Positions 59,340-64,000 of a stretch of 64,000 nucleotides of DNA are shown in pieces. This stretch comes from Octopus sinensis. Lineage: Eukaryota. The notes under the pieces are model-generated. The model had not been told where the DNA came from and did no database searches. It was given only the letters and a program-made list of their open reading frames with translations. The DNA is taken from the NCBI RefSeq assembly GCF_006345805.1, contig NW_021829832.1:372001-436000 (forward strand). The letters are read 5' to 3'. Made by a program: the position numbers and the translations under genes. The stretch's first letter is position 1. The number at the start of each line of letters is the position of its first letter.

Positions 59340-60257
59340 TTAATGATATAAATCAAAGGCAATCTTGCTCCACCCGTTACATTGCCAACTACACGATACC
59401 ACACCACTACTACATCTGCAATTAAAATACTCAGAATATAGTTTATTTTAATCGGGAATTGTTCCATATATGTTTTGTATCGTCCAAAAGAGACTCTACA
59501 AATTTCTCCTGATCCAAGCGCGATGCATCAACCCCTCCTTTGGTCTAGGAAACACTCCACACTCAGCACAACCATGTCTTCCGAATTATTCCCTCTAGTA
59601 TATTGCAACGGGAAATTATTCTCAATACTCAACGAATTGGACACAAAATGAAATGTCCCAGGGCATTGTTCAGACGGAGCAGTCACGGTTTCCGAAAGTT
59701 CAGTGTCTCCGTAATTAAAAATACGGAACCCCGACGAGGTCGTGGATGGTCTACTGCAGGTTTATAAACGAAATAGTCCCCACGGCTTATAAATCGGGTC
59801 TCCGGAAAAAAAGGTGACATTGAGGGAAAGACTGAGCATGCAGTTAGGCAGACAGGCGTTTGAAGAATATGCAGAAAGAATAAACTTTCGAAGTTGTTTT
59901 CCAACTCCGGCATATTCTGAGAGATCAACGTCGACATATCCAAATCTTTGCTGTGATTTTCCGCCTTTGAGTTCCTTTCGAACGGAGATTCGGCAAAGAC
60001 AGCGATCTAGGAGGGAGGTAGAGGGAACTGAGCTGATTTTTGTACGAAATTCTAATTTCATATCAAAATTAACGTTGTGGTTCACAACGTGGCATCTTAA
60101 ACGTTTAAAACAAGGATCACCTTTCTGTGAATATAGGAGTAAACCGATTTGAACCGATTAGACGGATTTTACAAAAAATTATTCCATTAACGAATGGAAT
60201 CGAAGAGAGGTCGTCGATATGAAGGGCGGCTAGAAATTCGTGGGTTTTTTTACCCAT
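59340..60257 (-). CDS. FAM102A: FAM102A/EEIG1-family NT-C2 domain protein; 3' end approximate
   Basis: HIDDLSSIPFVNGIIFCKIRL...LDRCLCRISVRKELKGGKSQQRFGYVDVDLSEYAG...FSGDPIYK. Confidence 0.8.
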
Positions 60258-60794
60258 GGAAAATAAGAGTTATTTTGTTTTTAAGATTTACTAAAATAAG
60301 AATGCCACAGAATGACAGTATTGCTTTCAAAATATGAATTTCTTTCAGTTGAATTTCTTTTTATATAAATTAATTAAATTAAAAATATTTTCAAAATAAA
60401 AACGAAACATTATAAAAATGTAAAAATTCCGAGATTATGCCAACTACAAATCAATACTTAAGAGAGGAAATTTTTATTTTATCAATTTTTTTTATTCAAG
60501 AATATAATCTAATCAATTTATTTTCCAAATATAAATTATTGATTTACAAATTATTATTTTATTTTTGCTGTATGATATCATTAAACTCGGTGTCAGAATA
60601 TCTAAAGGCAGGACTTTATTTTGCGGTTTTGCGAGTTGATTTAGTAAATTGATTAATACTGATAAATAATTAAGAATAAGTACTTAATCAATCAATACAT
60701 GTGACGCTAAAGTATTACAATTATTTTATCATCTATTTCATATATGTAAGGCTATATTTTGTTTTTAAAACAAAACTATCTTTTTAGACACTTT

Positions 60795-61160
60795 TTAGAC
60801 ACTCTTTCCATTCTCGGAGGAGAAATGTCTCGTTTGGGATGTTACCTGTGCGGACACCTTTGCCCCCGGGACCGTTGCTCAGTCTGCGTCTTCCCCCGGC
60901 TTCGCTTCCCGTCGGGCTGAGGAGACGAAGCGGAAGAAATACGCCTCTCTCCCACCAAATTACCACTTTATCCCGATTGCTGTGGAGACAAGTGGAGTGA
61001 TAGGGACGGCCGGAGTGTCGCTTCTGATCGAAATTGGGAAGTGCATCCAAAAGTGCACGAAGGACCACCGCCAAATCGGCTGGCTGTACCAGAGGATATC
61101 GATCGCAATCTTGCGAGGTAACTCGCTTGCAATCCGAGGTGCAGCCACTGCTGACACTTA
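60795..61160 (+). mobile_element. CRE-like REL 3'-terminal fragment (5'-truncated insertion)
   Basis: CLVWDVTCADTF...AEETKRKKYASL..FIPIAVETSGVIG...WLYQRISIAILRGNSLAI..*; GC-rich island in AT-rich DNA, preceded by tandem TTTTTAGACAC x2. Confidence 0.8.
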
Positions 61161-61748
61161 ATTAGCTATTTTGTTGAACTCTTTTTCGCCTGATTCAAAC
61201 CCTTTAATGAAGAATAATCTTATTGTAGATCTTTGACTAAATCGGTTTATTTCCAAAATATCCAAGTTTTATTTCCAAAATAACATTTTAAAGATTGATT
61301 CAATTAACTTAATTGATTAAGAAAACAGAATTTATTGTTTAATCAAATGAGGAAAAGTCTATTTACTCAAAAATCGCCACAGATATTCTCAAAGAAAAGA
61401 TTTTACATAACTAGGACCGATTTCATTTTTGGAAGTTAAAATTCAGTTGGATTAAGAAGATAAACGTTTGAAAATTAAGAAAAATTATGATCTAGTATTC
61501 ATCTCAAAAAAGGGAAAGATCATTTTAGAATAATTAAAAATACACATTTACATAATCGGATTCTGAATTTTTTAGTGAATTTCATGTCGATCCACATCAA
61601 CAAGTTATTCTCCTGGATATTTACCAATTATATGACAGCTTTCCGTTTTAAATCATTGCTATCTAATTTTAGTTCTTTTAGTTAAACTTTTTTAAAACAA
61701 ATGTCGATTATTTCTAAAAATAAAAAAACAAATTAGTGGTTTGTGGAC

Positions 61749-62165
61749 ATGGACCCTAGTTTTCATACTTTGTTTATTGTGAACAGACAATATGCATTAA
61801 TTTTCGAATGCTCATGTAGTTTAAAACTCAAAGATAAACAAGAACGATTAACAACCCAATCTCTGGCATATGGCTCACTCGATCTCATTACGGACATGTT
61901 TTGGCAGAAGGAAACTAATTATCTAGGAGTTGTCGATCGGTTTTGCCAGTTTGTAGTATCTGCATTCGTAGCTTACAGTGGAGTGATGTTTCTTCTTGTC
62001 CATTATGACAGGCCTGATGATTGGAGCAAATCCTTTCTTACTGATGTTTTTGAACTCTACTCACGTGTTTCTCTGAACCCATTTTTCGATTTTGAAGATT
62101 ATATTCATTCCAAGGACTTTATGGAAAACATGAAACAACTTTGCAGAAAACACTGTGGACCATAA
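61749..62165 (+). CDS. TRAPPC2: Trafficking protein particle complex subunit 2 (sedlin), intronless
   Basis: LAYGSLDLI..MFWQKETNYLGVVDRF..FVVSAFV..SGVMFLLVH...FLTDVFELYSRVSLNPFF. Confidence 0.88.
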   Translation: MDPSFHTLFIVNRQYALIFECSCSLKLKDKQERLTTQSLAYGSLDLITDMFWQKETNYLGVVDRFCQFVVSAFVAYSGVMFLLVHYDRPDDWSKSFLTDVFELYSRVSLNPFFDFEDYIHSKDFMENMKQLCRKHCGP

Positions 62166-62524
62166 TATTTATTTTCTGTTTTTCATTTTTGGTTTTACAA
62201 AATATTTATCAATGACATATTTTTTATTTTTAAAAAATGAATATATACAATCAACCTAAATCGACGGAAACCTTAGTGCTATAAAAATTAAAAATTAGTT
62301 TCTGTTGTATTCAGATGAAGGACATGAATTTTTAGGGTCTGAACGGATTCTTCATTTTAGACTTGTGATTAAGTCATATTAGGAAAGCAAATGATTTCGG
62401 GAAAAACTTGAAAAAAATTATAACCTTAAATATCACACTTTTTTGTTAAATAAATTAAATATATTTCTGCAAAAAGCTTAATTATAAAATTTAAAAATGG
62501 TTAATTGTTACTATAGTATCGAAA

Positions 62525-64000
62525 ATGAAAAGAAAGCAGAATCAGGAGTTAAGACAAAATATGGATAAATTGGGTATCAAAAAGAAAAGTCGCTATCAAC
62601 CAACACCCTCTTATAAACTTGAACAAAACTTGATGTTCCCAAAAATATTACCATTTATTAACTATACAGTCGCTTCGGAAAATAGGAAACTGCTTGAAAA
62701 CGCAATGTAATATATATTCTAATGTACAGAATGAGTGGTTGTCACATCAGTATGGAAAAATCAAAAAAAGTCGCAGAAAAAAATAAAAAGTATGATGAAC
62801 ATGTTCCAGAGTGGCCACAAGAAGTACGAAAATTGTTAATCTATTAATTTAGATGATGAGTTCGCAGCGAGAAATTCGAGTAATTATGATACATGCATAA
62901 TTGTAGCTGAATTATTCAAGATTAAAAAAGCATTTTGAATGTTCTCCAATAGGACAGCTTAGCGACGAAACAAAAAAGAAAATTCTTTCTCTTATTTCGC
63001 CAAATTTAAGAAATAAAAGCCATTTGAAAACTTGTCAGGATTTGATGTTTCAAGAAGTCGACAAGGAATACGTGAGCAGCCTCAAATATTTTATTGGTTG
63101 ATCTTTTTGGATAAAACTTATCATTTATAGTCAAGTCTTCGCTAAAAGAAAACTCCGAGACAAAACAATCGGATGAAAATTGGATCCCCATTTCGAGACA
63201 ACTGTTAAAGAATACTAATAAAATTTTAATATAGAGAGTTTGGCGGGAAGAAGGAATGGAATAAATCTTTTAAAAATAGTCTGAAGTATCTTGAAAAAAA
63301 CTTGTTTTGTTTCCATCCGTTATTGGTGGCTATTCGGAATTTCTACTACGACACATTATTGACAACTACGTTTCTGGATATCGAAATTGCAATGTGAGCA
63401 ATATCAAAAAATTATTTAATAATAGGAATGAAAAGCCTTACGAATATGATCTATTTCACAAAACAGTGGAATTTGCATGTGACAAGCGTTGTACAAATAT
63501 CATGCAAAATTGGTTCAGTCAGCTCATCAGAATGGTCACTGTCGACTACTCAGAATCGCTCCAAAAAGTGAGGAATCAGCGAAAAATTCATAGCTGCATC
63601 GATTCCCTTATGTCAATTCAAGTAAGATAGGACGTAAAATTCAGATACGAAACCTACTGACTCGGTCTCTGGATGAGTGGGTCAACTTTTTGGTCTCTGA
63701 TGAAATCTCACCAGTCTTCCGCATGCAGTTGGTTTTCGACAACAATGTGATGCAGACATATCCTTCATACAAAAATTTTGAAAAAATTCTTTACTACCCT
63801 ATAGAAAAAGTAAATCTGTGTTATTTTCACTTAAAGATTAAAACTTGCCTACAAACAGTTCCGACGTTATACTCCTGGATAAAGAACGACGAGAAATATC
63901 TCAACACAAGAGTATTCGTTTTGTGGTCGATTAATAGGTCGACGAAGGGTTTGTAAAAACTGTGTTTGGACAGATCACTTCCTTCGCCACCTATCATTAT
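62525..64000 (+). CDS. Axonemal inner-arm dynein heavy chain (DNAH12/DNAH7-like), 5' part; runs off the window
   Basis: Spliced PEWPQEMMSSQREIRLNYSRLKKHFECSPIGQL...ILSLISPNL, FQEVDKEYVSSLKYFIVKS, PVFRMQLVFDNNVMQTYPSYKNFE..IKTCLQTVPTLYSWI, resembling the DNAH12 N-terminal stem. Confidence 0.7.

Noticed and set aside
120-64000. Alternative genetic code or stop-codon readthrough to explain fragmented ORFs
   Set aside because: In-frame stops in host genes fall within GT-AG mini-introns, and TAA, TAG and TGA all terminate well-conserved proteins (G6PD TAA, COMMD10 TAG, RPS14 and POLR1B TGA).
62525-64000. Two separate small genes or a PSME4-like gene at the window end
   Set aside because: Splicing joins the pieces into one frame resembling the DNAH12/7 N-terminal stem.

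Overview
This is eukaryotic nuclear DNA from a very compact, intron-dense genome. Introns are mostly 22-34 nt GT-AG, so the supplied ORF track shows only exon fragments and shadow ORFs. Hand-splicing recovers about 18 host genes: PHIP/BRWD-like, RPS14, RCE1, POLR1B, MFF-like, PPP4R3/SMEK, DGK zeta/iota-like, G6PD, RPL15, MED24-like, ZMAT5, FBXO16, a 2-RRM protein, NUP155, COMMD10, MRPS18A, FAM102A/EEIG1, TRAPPC2 and the 5' part of a DNAH12/7-like axonemal dynein. The window also holds a truncated rDNA unit (3' part of 5.8S, ITS2, full 28S) and many transposable elements: one intact R4/Dong-clade REL retrotransposon plus at least 6 relics, RTE, CRE-like and APE-LINE relics, and Merlin, two hAT types and Tc1 DNA transposons. 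Animal-type genes, ciliary genes and ~25-nt introns best fit a highly reduced ciliated metazoan such as a dicyemid mesozoan (inference only). Most notable: (1) three unrelated DNA-transposon transposases carry host-type miniature spliceosomal introns whose removal restores conserved motifs; (2) the 28S has a non-canonical sarcin-ricin loop and compensatory base changes in the peptidyl-transferase centre, alongside apparently deleterious changes; (3) a 5'-inverted (twin-priming-type) RTE insertion with a TSD; (4) a minor-spliceosome gene (ZMAT5) retained in a mini-intron genome. All family assignments come from recalled motif similarity, not database searches.
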